Shown: in pieces, positions 40,701 through 50,378 of the stretch
Position numbering within the stretch: position 1 is the first letter of the stretch
Layout of the letters: each line of letters begins with the position of its first letter
Notes under the pieces: model-generated
What the model was told of the DNA's origin: nothing
The model's input: only the letters and a program-made list of their open reading frames with translations
Databases searched by the model: none
Program-made: the position numbers and the translations under genes
From: Promethearchaeia archaeon
GTDB taxonomy: Archaea; Asgardarchaeota; Lokiarchaeia; Sigyniarchaeales; SOKP01
Direction of reading: 5' to 3'
Length of the DNA: 64,000 nucleotides
Assembly (NCBI GenBank): GCA_029856155.1
Contig: JAHQWL010000052.1
Coordinates: 107,130 to 171,129, forward strand

Positions 40701-41653
40701 GCAGCTTCACCTCCTTCTGTAGTATTATCTTTGTAATATTGCATAAAAATATTCTCTAAAGTGGAATGTGTAATTGAAATATCTCTTATAGGGGCTCCAT
40801 CCCAGTCTTTCTCACTAATTTCACGTAAAATTTTTCGAGTCTGTTCTGGAGGGACTAGAAATTGAAGCTCGACATTGTAGGATTGTTTCACAATAGCTTC
40901 TGGAACCTCAGATGCTAAAAAGTTCGTAAATACTTCTAAACCTTTCGGTGTTTCAAAGATTAATTCAATATTTTTCAAATTCTTTGCTTTAAGATCTCTA
41001 ACATCTGAAATTTCCGCAATTTTTCCTTTTTTAATAATTGCCACTCTATCACAGAATTTTTCTATTTCTGGAAGAACATGAGAGCATACAAAGACAGTAC
41101 AATTTGATTCTTTCTGACGTTCAGATACAATTCGATAAAATTCACTCTGATTTAATGGGTCAAGTCCAGAAGTTGGCTCATCCATAATTAATAAATCGAA
41201 CTTACCCATTAAAGCTACTAAAACTCCTGTTTTTTGTTTATTTCCTTTACTTAGAATGCCCATCTTTCGCTCCATTTCGATCTTAAGGCGGTCAGCGACC
41301 TCATCTACAAATCTCCAATCAATTTCGATTTTGTAAAGCTTTGCAAAATACCTAATTAATTGAGTAGCACTCATCTCCTTGTAAATTCCAAGCTCCCCAG
41401 GTAAATAACCAATTCGATTTCGTATTTCTACATCCTTTTTGGGATTAATTTTCTGTCCAAGAATAGTTATATCACCTGCATCAACATTTAAAAACCCAAG
41501 TAAACACCGAATGGTCGTAGTTTTTCCTGCCCCATTTGGTCCAAGAAAACCAAATCGAGAACCTTCTGGAACTTCAAAAGAAATACCATCAACTGCTTTG
41601 ACTTTTCCCTTGTTATAATATTTTTTTAGATTTTTTACTTCGATCGCGTTCAT
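40697..41653 (-). CDS. ABC exporter ATP-binding subunit (start likely ATG 41653, MNAIEV)
   Basis: GPNGAGKTT, LSKGNKQK, DEPTSGLDP, SH. Confidence 0.92.
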   Translation of the reverse strand: MNAIEVKNLKKYYNKGKVKAVDGISFEVPEGSRFGFLGPNGAGKTTTIRCLLGFLNVDAGDITILGQKINPKKDVEIRNRIGYLPGELGIYKEMSATQLIRYFAKLYKIEIDWRFVDEVADRLKIEMERKMGILSKGNKQKTGVLVALMGKFDLLIMDEPTSGLDPLNQSEFYRIVSERQKESNCTVFVCSHVLPEIEKFCDRVAIIKKGKIAEISDVRDLKAKNLKNIELIFETPKGLEVFTNFLASEVPEAIVKQSYNVELQFLVPPEQTRKILREISEKDWDGAPIRDISITHSTLENIFMQYYKDNTTEGGEAA

Positions 41654-41737
41654 ATTTATCAACTTATAGAGTTTTTTATTTTTCATGAATAATAAAAAAC
41701 CTAATAGAATAATATGAATCTGAATATATAAATGTTC

Positions 41738-41759
41738 TTCATTTTTCATGAAAGATGAA
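41738..41759. promoter_or_regulatory. Two overlapping TTCA-N7-TGAA operator candidates
   Basis: TTCAtttttcaTGAA (41738-41752) and TTCAtgaaagaTGAA (41745-41759) in a divergent intergenic region. Confidence 0.65.
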
Positions 41760-41799
41760 AAATTATAAATAGTTGTTTACACATTAATAATATTAAGTA

Positions 41800-42324
41800 A
41801 TGATAGATAAGGAACTTTTGCCTAGAAATCATATATTCAAGGGAAAGATAAAAGAATTTGAGCAAATATTAATTAAATTTGTATTAGATTCTGGAAGAGC
41901 AAAAAGTGTTGACCCTAATCTTCAATTAATTCTTGGATATATTGGATTACACAAAAAGTTGACTCAGAAACAGTTAAAAGATTTAACAAAACTTTCTAGG
42001 GGTACGATTTCAAAAAAATTGAGGGATATATTGTCATTACGTATCATAAGAAAAGAAAGAATTCCAAAATCAAATGAATATTTGTATATAAATGCTCCTG
42101 AAGTCTACGGAGATACCGCTGATGCGACCCTAGAAGAATTCATAGAAATTAATGAATTTCTTAAAAAAAAAATTATTGAGATTGAGGAAAATAAGGAAAA
42201 AAAAGGAGCGAAGTTTCTTTCCGAACGAATAAAAAGCTTAACAGAGACTTTTGAAACTGTTAAGAATATCTGGTCAGATATAGAATTTATATTTAAACAA
42301 AAAAATAAAGAAACTTTACAATGA
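41800..42324 (+). CDS. GbsR/MarR-type winged-helix regulator, unit A
   Basis: LTQKQLKDLTKLSRGTISKKL wHTH plus C-terminal helical hairpin. Confidence 0.8.
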   Translation: MIDKELLPRNHIFKGKIKEFEQILIKFVLDSGRAKSVDPNLQLILGYIGLHKKLTQKQLKDLTKLSRGTISKKLRDILSLRIIRKERIPKSNEYLYINAPEVYGDTADATLEEFIEINEFLKKKIIEIEENKEKKGAKFLSERIKSLTETFETVKNIWSDIEFIFKQKNKETLQ

Positions 42325-42851
42325 ATATACAAGAAAGATTTGATCCTGAAATTAAAAAGATTGAGAATGAGATAATTAAAAAATTATTAAATTATACTGT
42401 TTTTTCTGTTCGGGGTGAAATAACTTCAAAAATACTTTTCTATTTTATAACTCGAAAAGATTTAACTCAATCTGAACTCCAAAACTTAACAGGTTTTTCT
42501 ACAGGAAAAATTTCTCAAGAACTTAATAATTTTCTGGAGTTTGATTTAATAAAAATTTCTAAAAAATCAAAACCGTGGATTTATTCAATGGAATCAGTAG
42601 TAGCAGAAACTTTTAGTAGAGCAATTAACCTTCTAAAATCAAATATCAAATGGGAGGCAAAATTCTTTGAAATGAAGAAGGATTTGGAAGATAACAGAGA
42701 AAATCTTCAAAATTTAAATGGATATACTGAAGTAAAAGACTTTATTGAGGTAAATCTCATGAGATTTAAAGGATTTAAGGTTGTTATTAAACTTTGGGAA
42801 GAACTTAAAAATAAATATGAAAAAGAGGATAAAAAATTAAATCTAATTTAA
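42321..42851 (+). CDS. GbsR/MarR-type winged-helix regulator, unit B
   Basis: LTQSELQNLTGFSTGKISQEL; ATGA overlap with unit A. Confidence 0.8.
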   Translation: MNIQERFDPEIKKIENEIIKKLLNYTVFSVRGEITSKILFYFITRKDLTQSELQNLTGFSTGKISQELNNFLEFDLIKISKKSKPWIYSMESVVAETFSRAINLLKSNIKWEAKFFEMKKDLEDNRENLQNLNGYTEVKDFIEVNLMRFKGFKVVIKLWEELKNKYEKEDKKLNLI

Positions 42852-42917
42852 GCTTATAATGACTTATTTTCTCCTCACTTTAAAAAAAAAGATAAAAAAA
42901 ATTGGGTGAATGAAGAA

Positions 42918-44342
42918 TTAATTATTAGATATTGCTTTCATTAAGATTTGATTTGCCCTTTCTTTGATTTTCAGAATTTTTTCGGATGAGATTGATTCTT
43001 CCATGTGATTTAAAGTTATGCTTGCAGTTTCCCCATGTGTGACTACACCTAAGACTAACTCGGTGTAGGGAGAACACGAAGGCATCAAAATCAGATTCTT
43101 TAAGATTAAATCTCCATATTTTTCTGGAAACCCCGTTTTACCAAGATTAGTCATAATTTGGGCCATTGCGAATCCCTTCGAAAGTTTTTTCTTGACCATT
43201 TTATTTACTATATTCTTTTTGTCCGAGATAAATGCTTGAATTTTATCATAGCTTTTTGAAGTTGGCGGTATGAGGGGACCAAAAGCAGCAAAAATTTGAG
43301 CTTCCAATAACGTTGGGTTTAATGCAAAGGCATTTAGAGTGCCTACTAATGTTTTTTTTGTAAGTTCATTTGGTCCTACTTTTAAGTGAACTTTTTTAGC
43401 TATCTCCCAGAAATTATTTTTATCAGAATATTTGAATTTTAGTTCTATTCCACCTGCGAAAAAACCAAATTGTTCACCTGCAGGATTCTTGAGAAGATCT
43501 CTTAAATTCACAGCAAATGAAATATTCTGTAAATATTTTGGAGATTCAGAATTTAATTGATTTTGAGCTGTAGCAAAGGCAATCATTAATGCTGTGTTCA
43601 CGGTTACCCCATTTTTACGACAAGCCATGATCAATGCATCTGTTTGTCCTTTGGAAAGTTCGTATAAGTGTGCTTTATAGGTATAATTCTTCCAAAAAAC
43701 ATCGTGTAGAGCATAGAAATCATCATAGTTAAAAAGCAATTCATTTTTTTCCCATTTCTTATTGATTGTCTTGCCAAAGATTCGCATTACTAAACTAGGT
43801 TTAATATCAGAAGGTATATTATCTTCGTTAACCAATGGAGCGGGGGACAGTAATTCAATCTTTTTCGTCGGATCTGCTAAATATGTCATTATATCTCTTG
43901 CTAAGTATGCCAAGGACATACCATCACAGATCGTGTGTTGACAAAAGATAATTAAATCTGAAATTTCAGTTGAATGTAATAATAAGAACCTAATTAAGGG
44001 ACCTTGCTCCATATCAAAGGGTATTTTATGTTGTTGAATTATTTCATCCCTCCATTGGTCATCGGAAATACGCTTAATTGTTTTTAAGGGAATTTCCAAA
44101 CTACCATTTGCTAAAAGATATAGTGCTTTACCATCGTGTTGTAAGTATGCATTGAGTATAGGATGCCGTTGTTGCATTTTTTTTATGACCTTTTTCATTT
44201 CATCAATGGAAACATTTCCTAAAATGGTTGCTATCATAGATATGTTTGAATTTGGTACTTTTGAGTGTATTCGTTCTCTTTGATTCAATTTTCTTTTAAA
44301 ATATTGATTATTTAATTCTATTTGTTCTAAAATTTTCAACAC
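42918..44342 (-). CDS. Condensation-domain/alcohol acetyltransferase-like (PapA5/CAT-fold) acyltransferase
   Basis: RHPIL, GPLIRF, QHTICDGMS (HxxxD), CRKNGVTV, AVNLR, TNLG. Confidence 0.8.
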   Translation of the reverse strand: MLKILEQIELNNQYFKRKLNQRERIHSKVPNSNISMIATILGNVSIDEMKKVIKKMQQRHPILNAYLQHDGKALYLLANGSLEIPLKTIKRISDDQWRDEIIQQHKIPFDMEQGPLIRFLLLHSTEISDLIIFCQHTICDGMSLAYLARDIMTYLADPTKKIELLSPAPLVNEDNIPSDIKPSLVMRIFGKTINKKWEKNELLFNYDDFYALHDVFWKNYTYKAHLYELSKGQTDALIMACRKNGVTVNTALMIAFATAQNQLNSESPKYLQNISFAVNLRDLLKNPAGEQFGFFAGGIELKFKYSDKNNFWEIAKKVHLKVGPNELTKKTLVGTLNAFALNPTLLEAQIFAAFGPLIPPTSKSYDKIQAFISDKKNIVNKMVKKKLSKGFAMAQIMTNLGKTGFPEKYGDLILKNLILMPSCSPYTELVLGVVTHGETASITLNHMEESISSEKILKIKERANQILMKAISNN

Positions 44343-44351
44343 CTTTAAATC

Positions 44352-44461
44352 TTCAAATCATGTGAATTTTCATATTTATTGAAGGTTTCAATAATTGATA
44401 GAAAAATAACATATTTAAATGTTTTCAATCTTTATGAAGTTTCATAAAACTTAAATATTCA
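44352..44461. promoter_or_regulatory. Array of TTCA-N7-TGAA operator candidates around divergent promoters
   Basis: Perfect sites at 44352-44366, 44369-44383 and 44424-44438; 1-mismatch site at 44441-44455; extra TTCA half-sites at 44387 and 44458 (17-18 bp phasing). Confidence 0.7.
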
Positions 44462-44484
44462 AATGATCTTAATATGTTTAAGCA

Positions 44485-45591
44485 ATGTCTAAAAAATACG
44501 AGGATTTTATATATCCCGAAGAAGTTAGGAAATATGAAAAAGATTTACTTGATTTTATAGTAGAATCTGGTAAAAATAAAAGAAGATCTGATATAGAATC
44601 CCACATTTTGGGATATTTCCTGCTACATTCAAGTCTTACACAAAAAGAGATTCAGATATTATCAACAAAATTTCGATCAAGGCGTATATCAAGCGGTTCA
44701 ATATCAACTTTTTTAAACCAATATACTTCATATGAACCAAGGATAATTCTTAAACAGAAGGTACTTAAAAGTAAAAATAAGTTCAGATATCATATTGTTT
44801 CAGAGAATTATAAAGAATTATTTGCTGTAAGTAAAGAGGCGGGAGTAAATGTTTTATATGAAACAATTGGAAAAATAAAAGAAATAATAAGAGCTTTAGA
44901 AAAATTAAACCCTAATGAAAAGGAAATTAAGCTTTATAATATGATATTAGAAAGAACAAGAGAACTGCAAAGTTATCTTAAATATCACTTATCCTTATTT
45001 GATAATTTTATGGAAAGTGTGATAGGACAAAAGTATCCTATAAAAAAAGATATAAAAATCCAAAAAGCGGATCCAAAAGTTAAAGCTGTTAAGAATCGAA
45101 ATTTAAAAGCGATTGAACAAGAGCTAATTAATTTAATTTTAAATAATGAGCTTTTTATTATTGAAGAGATAAAATATCATCCAATTATAGCATACTTAAT
45201 AACTCGTAAAAGTTTAACTCAATTAGAGTTAAATAAATTGACTGAACTATCAGCTGGTCTAATTTCTGAAGGACTAAATTATTTAAAAGAGCAAGGTTTT
45301 ATTGAAATTGAAAAATTACCGGGGTTACGTCAAAAAAGCTATGTTTTAGAATCCATTGGTTATTTTAATTTTCTCAAATTTTATCAAAGATTTAAAAATA
45401 TAGCAAACAATAGGTATAGATTGGCTCAAATTTTAGATGAATTAAAAAATAGAAAGGATGAATTAGGAGAAATAAATGGTTATAATGTGATTAAAACCCG
45501 AGCGGAAGAGTTCTTAGAGCAATTCAAAGTAATAGATTTTGGAATTAAAATCTTTCAGAAGGCTTTAGAAGATTTCAAAAAAGTTAATTAA
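44485..45591 (+). CDS. Fused tandem (A+B) GbsR/MarR-type regulator
   Basis: Two wHTH units: SLTQKEI...ISSGSISTFL and SLTQLELNKLTELSAGLISEGL. Confidence 0.8.
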   Translation: MSKKYEDFIYPEEVRKYEKDLLDFIVESGKNKRRSDIESHILGYFLLHSSLTQKEIQILSTKFRSRRISSGSISTFLNQYTSYEPRIILKQKVLKSKNKFRYHIVSENYKELFAVSKEAGVNVLYETIGKIKEIIRALEKLNPNEKEIKLYNMILERTRELQSYLKYHLSLFDNFMESVIGQKYPIKKDIKIQKADPKVKAVKNRNLKAIEQELINLILNNELFIIEEIKYHPIIAYLITRKSLTQLELNKLTELSAGLISEGLNYLKEQGFIEIEKLPGLRQKSYVLESIGYFNFLKFYQRFKNIANNRYRLAQILDELKNRKDELGEINGYNVIKTRAEEFLEQFKVIDFGIKIFQKALEDFKKVN

Positions 45592-45642
45592 TAAAAAGAA
45601 CGAAAAAAAAATTATTAGTACTTAATCATAACATTGTAAGCT

Positions 45643-45837
45643 TTATTGTTGAGATTTGTTATTTCTATTTCCATAACAGACTGCATATTTGATAACTCCT
45701 GTTTGAGAATTAAAAATCCATTCAGTTTCACAATTAGTACAGATAAATTTACTACCCAATTTAGAAGTTAAATTTTGTTTACATATAGGACAGGATTTTC
45801 TTTTTAAAAATAAATTAATTCTTAAGCAAAATATCAT
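45643..45837 (-). CDS. Small Zn-ribbon protein (possibly eroded)
   Basis: CPIC...CTNC; start uncertain. Confidence 0.35.
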   Translation of the reverse strand: MIFCLRINLFLKRKSCPICKQNLTSKLGSKFICTNCETEWIFNSQTGVIKYAVCYGNRNNKSQQ

Positions 45838-45914
45838 TTTCAGTCAACACTTCAAAATTTTTTTTTAATGGAATCCTCGTTTCTCAACTTTAAAAAAAAT
45901 AAAAAAAAAAGATT

Positions 45915-46736
45915 TTATATTAGAATGTCTCTCTTATTGAAGATCAAAAGACTTGCTATAACTAAAGCAGCATTAATCGAACCTAATACGATAATATCAC
46001 GTGCAAAAAGCCCAACATCTCCATGAACCATATAATCTGTTGGATTGAAATAGTAAAAAACTGAAAAATATCTTATTCCTTGTATAGCCTCGTCCATATA
46101 TACATAGAACTCCCCAAGGAAGAACATTAAAAACAACACAAATATGCCCATTGCCATTGATTTTCTACCATTAAGGAAAATCGTAGAAAATAACTTGGCA
46201 AACATTGCCAATGCTCCAAGATAGAGTATAACTATTATGTATGTTAACCATAGACGATCAAAGAAAAGACCTTCATTCCGGAATACTGAAGAAGAAGCCA
46301 TCCCACCCATAGTGATGAGAAAAAACATGCCCAAGGCAGCTGCAATGAATAAATAAAGGAAAGTTATTTTGCTGCCTAAAAAATTAAATCGTGTTACTGG
46401 TTTGGAAAGGGAAAGATCAATTGTTTTTTCCTCAACTTCTCGAGTTAATAAATTGCTTGCCATATAAACAATATAAATACCAGCATAGAGCCACATGAAG
46501 GAGAGAAGTTCTAAGGTCCAAAAACCATAAGGATTGGTAAATGCTTCCACATCCCCGAAAAATTCGATCATCCCTTCTGGCCACAATGAGATGATATCCT
46601 CTATGGCTGAAAGATCCATACCTTCTATCATATACACAATAAAATAACTTAGTAATCCAATTACTCCCCCTAAGATTAGAAGAATATATTTTTTATCTAA
46701 TAGGGATTCTTTTAGTGAAATAAAAAATCGATTCAT
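45915..46736 (-). CDS. ABC-2 type exporter permease
   Basis: EVEEKTIDLSLSKPVTR, FNKRDI; paralog of 39885-40700. Confidence 0.9.
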   Translation of the reverse strand: MNRFFISLKESLLDKKYILLILGGVIGLLSYFIVYMIEGMDLSAIEDIISLWPEGMIEFFGDVEAFTNPYGFWTLELLSFMWLYAGIYIVYMASNLLTREVEEKTIDLSLSKPVTRFNFLGSKITFLYLFIAAALGMFFLITMGGMASSSVFRNEGLFFDRLWLTYIIVILYLGALAMFAKLFSTIFLNGRKSMAMGIFVLFLMFFLGEFYVYMDEAIQGIRYFSVFYYFNPTDYMVHGDVGLFARDIIVLGSINAALVIASLLIFNKRDILI

Positions 46737-47702
46737 TTAAACTTCTACCTCCAATTTCTTTTTTGTATTTTCCATTGATTTCATTTGTATTGAAGATTTT
46801 TCATAGTATTTTAGAAAGATATCCTCAAGTGCAGGACTTGTAACATCAATATCTCTTACTTCAGATTGTGAAAGTAAATTTAGTATTTTGGATAATTCTT
46901 CACGTGAAATCATAAATGATGTTTTAGTTTCATTTAAAATAACAGAATCAACTATTCCAGTAGGAATCTTTTTTGAAAATTGTTGGAGAGCTTCTTTAGT
47001 TTTAAATTCAACTTTAATTTCTTTCATAGCCATATTTTTCAGTTGTTGAATAGTTGCAACTTCTACAATTGAACCATCTCTTATGATACCAACTCGATGT
47101 GCAACCCGTTCAACTTCCCCTAGTAAATGTGAACTTAAAAGAACTGTAGAACCCGTTTCTTTTTGTTGATCATGAAGTATATTATAAAACTCAGCGGTAA
47201 TTAAAGGATCTAATCCAGATGTAGGTTCATCAAGAATTAGTAGCTCAACCTCAGGCGCTAAAGCGAGTATTATACCAATTTTCTGTTTATTACCCTTACT
47301 AAGTTCCTTTACTTTTCGATCAAGTTCCAGATTGAAAATTTCAGCTAATTCCTCAATTCGTCTCAAAGAGATATGATTTTCATAGAGCCCTAAAAGATAT
47401 TTGAGATTTCGTCGTGCTGTTTTATTTTGATATAAGCCTAATTCTCCAGGCAGATAAGCTGTACGCTGACGAATTTTAGTAGAATGATGGTGTATATCAA
47501 GATTGAAAATTTGTGCTCTGCCAGATGTTTTATAAATTAAATCAAGAAGAAGTCTACAAGTTGTTGTTTTTCCCGCTCCATTAGGACCAAGAAGACCAAA
47601 TATTTCCTCGTTATATATTTCAAGATTTAGATTTTCAATACCTCGTGATTTGCCGTAAAATTTTGTTAAATTTTGCGTTTGAATAATAGTTTCTTTAGAC
47701 AT
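46737..47702 (-). CDS. ABC exporter ATP-binding subunit
   Basis: GPNGAGKTT, LSKGNKQK, DEPTSGLDP, SSH. Confidence 0.92.
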   Translation of the reverse strand: MSKETIIQTQNLTKFYGKSRGIENLNLEIYNEEIFGLLGPNGAGKTTTCRLLLDLIYKTSGRAQIFNLDIHHHSTKIRQRTAYLPGELGLYQNKTARRNLKYLLGLYENHISLRRIEELAEIFNLELDRKVKELSKGNKQKIGIILALAPEVELLILDEPTSGLDPLITAEFYNILHDQQKETGSTVLLSSHLLGEVERVAHRVGIIRDGSIVEVATIQQLKNMAMKEIKVEFKTKEALQQFSKKIPTGIVDSVILNETKTSFMISREELSKILNLLSQSEVRDIDVTSPALEDIFLKYYEKSSIQMKSMENTKKKLEVEV

Positions 47703-47921
47703 TTATTTTCTACTCCGTAAATTTTACTTTTTTAATTTAGACTTACAGATTTTTTTTCTATTTATGCTTTAATTAGACATACCTAAAGTTTAATTTTATG
47801 TATTCACTTTTTTCAAATTTTAGGAATGCTAATATTTGTAGAAAAAACAAACTATTTAAATGTTTCATAAATTTCAAAATTTATTTTTAATATTTGGAAT
47901 TTTAAAAAAAAATTAAAGGAA

Positions 47922-48038
47922 CTAAAATTTATTGAAAATATCAAAACGAGAATAATGTCCAATTATATCCAATTTTTGGCACTCCTGGATTGTTAATAAT
48001 AGATCTATGTCGGTATAAAGTATCCCTTCCTCATCTAT
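47922..48038 (-). pseudogene. Remnant of a nitrilase gene (C-terminus only)
   Basis: Manual translation IDEEGILYTDIDLLLTIQECQKLDIIGHYSRFDIFNKF*, matching the nitrilase C-terminal EGILYADIDL...D..GHYSRPD signature; in-frame TAA immediately upstream and no start. Confidence 0.7.
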
Positions 48039-48065
48039 TTACCATATAATATCGCTTTTGGAGAT

Positions 48066-48080
48066 TTCATATACTTTGAA
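48066..48080. promoter_or_regulatory. TTCA-N7-TGAA operator candidate
   Basis: TTCAtatacttTGAA just upstream of GAAAAG-TTTAAAT (BRE/TATA-like) of the regulator at 48218. Confidence 0.6.
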
Positions 48081-48217
48081 ACTTGGAAAAGTTTAAATTA
48101 TTGAGATTCTATATAATAATTAAGGATATAATATCTGAAAATAGTGTAATAGACCTTGTACTATTAATCTTTATCAATGAGATCTTAAAATTATATAAAT
48201 AAAACAAAGAACATAAT

Positions 48218-49291
48218 ATGATTCGATCAATGACAGGAGAAGAGGAACCAAGTCATCTTTTCGATAAAAAATTACGAGAATATGAAGACAAACTAGTGGA
48301 AATTCTATTAGAACTTGGACAAAGTAAGAGAACTAATCCTAAAATGTCAGCAATTGCCTGTTATTTGCTTATTCATGGGATACTAACTCAAAAAGAATTA
48401 AAAGAATTAACAGGATTTTCAATGGGTACTATATCGACTTATCTATCAGTCATGCTTGGTACAGGAAACTTTCAAAAAATACGTATTCCTCATACACATG
48501 CATTTATGTATTCTTTTTCTGGTGAACTTGAAGCACTTACTACAAGAGCGGTTGAGTTCGCATTGAGTAGCTTAAGTTCATTAGAGATTTATTTAAAAAA
48601 CAAAAAGAAAATTTTAACTAAATTAATTGAGAAGTCTATGAATGGTGCTAAACACCTTTCAGAAAGAATAGAAGAATTAATTGAAAGCTTTGAGAAATAT
48701 AAAAAAATTTTTCCTTCTGATGGAGATTCAACTGAAGAAATTCAACACCAAACACCTACAAAACCTGTAAAACGACCTAAAAATGAAAAAGAAGAAGCAA
48801 CAGAAATTATATTTCATCCTGAAGTTTATTTAGTTGAAGATGATATCATAAATCAACTTATATCTTTACCAATGTTCTCTATGCGTGATCCTATGTTTAT
48901 TAGAATTTTCGGGTATTTCATGACAAGGAAGTATCTTACCCAAAATACATTAAAAGGAATTACAGGTTTATCATCTGGGAAAATTTCTGAAGAAGTAAAT
49001 CAACTTTTAGAGAATGAACTTATCTATATAGCTAGTACTTCAGAAAAAGGAAAAATAACTTATGGTGCTGATTCATTTATATTACTTAGATTTACAAGAA
49101 ATATAATCATTAGAATGAGAAAAAAGGTAAAAGACTTAGAAAATATGAAATTACTGTTAAAAAAGAATAAGTCTGATTTGGAATTTTTAGAGGGTTTTTC
49201 TCAGATTTATAAAATCTATGACTACACTTTAAGTGCAATATCAAAGTATAGTAAATATTTTGAGAAAATAGATAAATTGATTGAATCGTAA
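48218..49291 (+). CDS. Fused tandem (A+B) GbsR/MarR-type regulator
   Basis: LTQKELKELTGFSMGTISTYL and LTQNTLKGITGLSSGKISEEV, separated by a low-complexity linker. Confidence 0.8.
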   Translation: MIRSMTGEEEPSHLFDKKLREYEDKLVEILLELGQSKRTNPKMSAIACYLLIHGILTQKELKELTGFSMGTISTYLSVMLGTGNFQKIRIPHTHAFMYSFSGELEALTTRAVEFALSSLSSLEIYLKNKKKILTKLIEKSMNGAKHLSERIEELIESFEKYKKIFPSDGDSTEEIQHQTPTKPVKRPKNEKEEATEIIFHPEVYLVEDDIINQLISLPMFSMRDPMFIRIFGYFMTRKYLTQNTLKGITGLSSGKISEEVNQLLENELIYIASTSEKGKITYGADSFILLRFTRNIIIRMRKKVKDLENMKLLLKKNKSDLEFLEGFSQIYKIYDYTLSAISKYSKYFEKIDKLIES

Positions 49292-49347
49292 AAAAAATTA
49301 TTTTAAAATTTCAATATTAGCTTTTTATTTAATCCTGTGTTAAATTA

Positions 49348-50256
49348 TTACATACGGATTAAGTTTTTTCTTTCCATGTTTTGGATTCTAGGGTCATTTA
49401 TATAAGAATCTAAGGTTTTTATAAACATATCTCGATCTTCTTTTATATTTGAAGATTCTATTGTACAATAATTAGATACATGGTCGTTAAAGACTTGAGA
49501 AGTAACATTTTCACCTAAATTAGCGATAATGTCTCTCTCCTCTTTTATGTTTTCTAATGGGCTCAATAACTCAAATTCACCAGATTTCCATTCATCCCAA
49601 AGAGGAGTACCAGGCAATATATTTAAAGTTCGGAACCGAAAAATTGTTGGGTTAATTTCAGTTAGCACTCTAGCAGTCTCTTTTACATGTTCTTCTGAAT
49701 ATTTATGGCTACCTAACCCTAGAATTATGTATAGGGATAATTTAATTCCAGCGTCTAAAATTTTCTTTCCTGCTTTAATCATAGATTCTGCATTTGTTCC
49801 TTTTTTCATAATTCTTAATATTGTATTTGAACCACTTTCTAGGCCCATATAAACAATATCTAATCCTGCGTTAGCTAATTTTATTAATTCCTCATCAGAT
49901 TTTTTTAAAATGTCTAATGATTTAGCATAACAACTTACTCGAGGAACATTTCTTAGCTTAACCCTTACATATTTAATGATTTCGGCTAAATATTCGGTTG
50001 GTGCCGACGTAGGATTCCCTCCCGCTAAAAAAACTGGAAATCCATGATAATTCGATTGAGCATATTTATCAATATCTTTTTTAACATCTTCTAAGGATCG
50101 TATAGCATAATCTTGAATAACACCATAAACACCTTTATATGTGCCACAAAATCGACATTTGTTCCACGAACAACCACCAGTTACAGGTATTAAAACTGAA
50201 TAAGCTTCTACTGGAGGTCTAATGACAATTTCTGAAGGAGGGATTTTTGTTGTCAT
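49348..50256 (-). CDS. Radical SAM protein
   Basis: IRPPVEAYS, GCSWNKCRFC, YMGLESG, DHVSNY. Confidence 0.85.
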   Translation of the reverse strand: MTTKIPPSEIVIRPPVEAYSVLIPVTGGCSWNKCRFCGTYKGVYGVIQDYAIRSLEDVKKDIDKYAQSNYHGFPVFLAGGNPTSAPTEYLAEIIKYVRVKLRNVPRVSCYAKSLDILKKSDEELIKLANAGLDIVYMGLESGSNTILRIMKKGTNAESMIKAGKKILDAGIKLSLYIILGLGSHKYSEEHVKETARVLTEINPTIFRFRTLNILPGTPLWDEWKSGEFELLSPLENIKEERDIIANLGENVTSQVFNDHVSNYCTIESSNIKEDRDMFIKTLDSYINDPRIQNMERKNLIRM

Positions 50257-50378
50257 AAATCTTTTGTATTAAATATCTTTAAAAATTGTATTATCACACT
50301 TATTGTTTTATTAAATAAAAATAGATTTTTAGATATTATCATTATATTTTACAAAAAGTTAATGAATGATAAAGGAGA

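Noticed and set aside
41654-41749. Track's extended N-terminus of ABC ATPase 1
   Set aside because: It overlaps the promoter and operator; MNAIEV at 41653 matches the family start.
49348-50256. Radical SAM motif with Cx4Cx2C spacing
   Set aside because: The GCSxNKCxFC spacing is typical of this widespread subfamily, so it is not novel.
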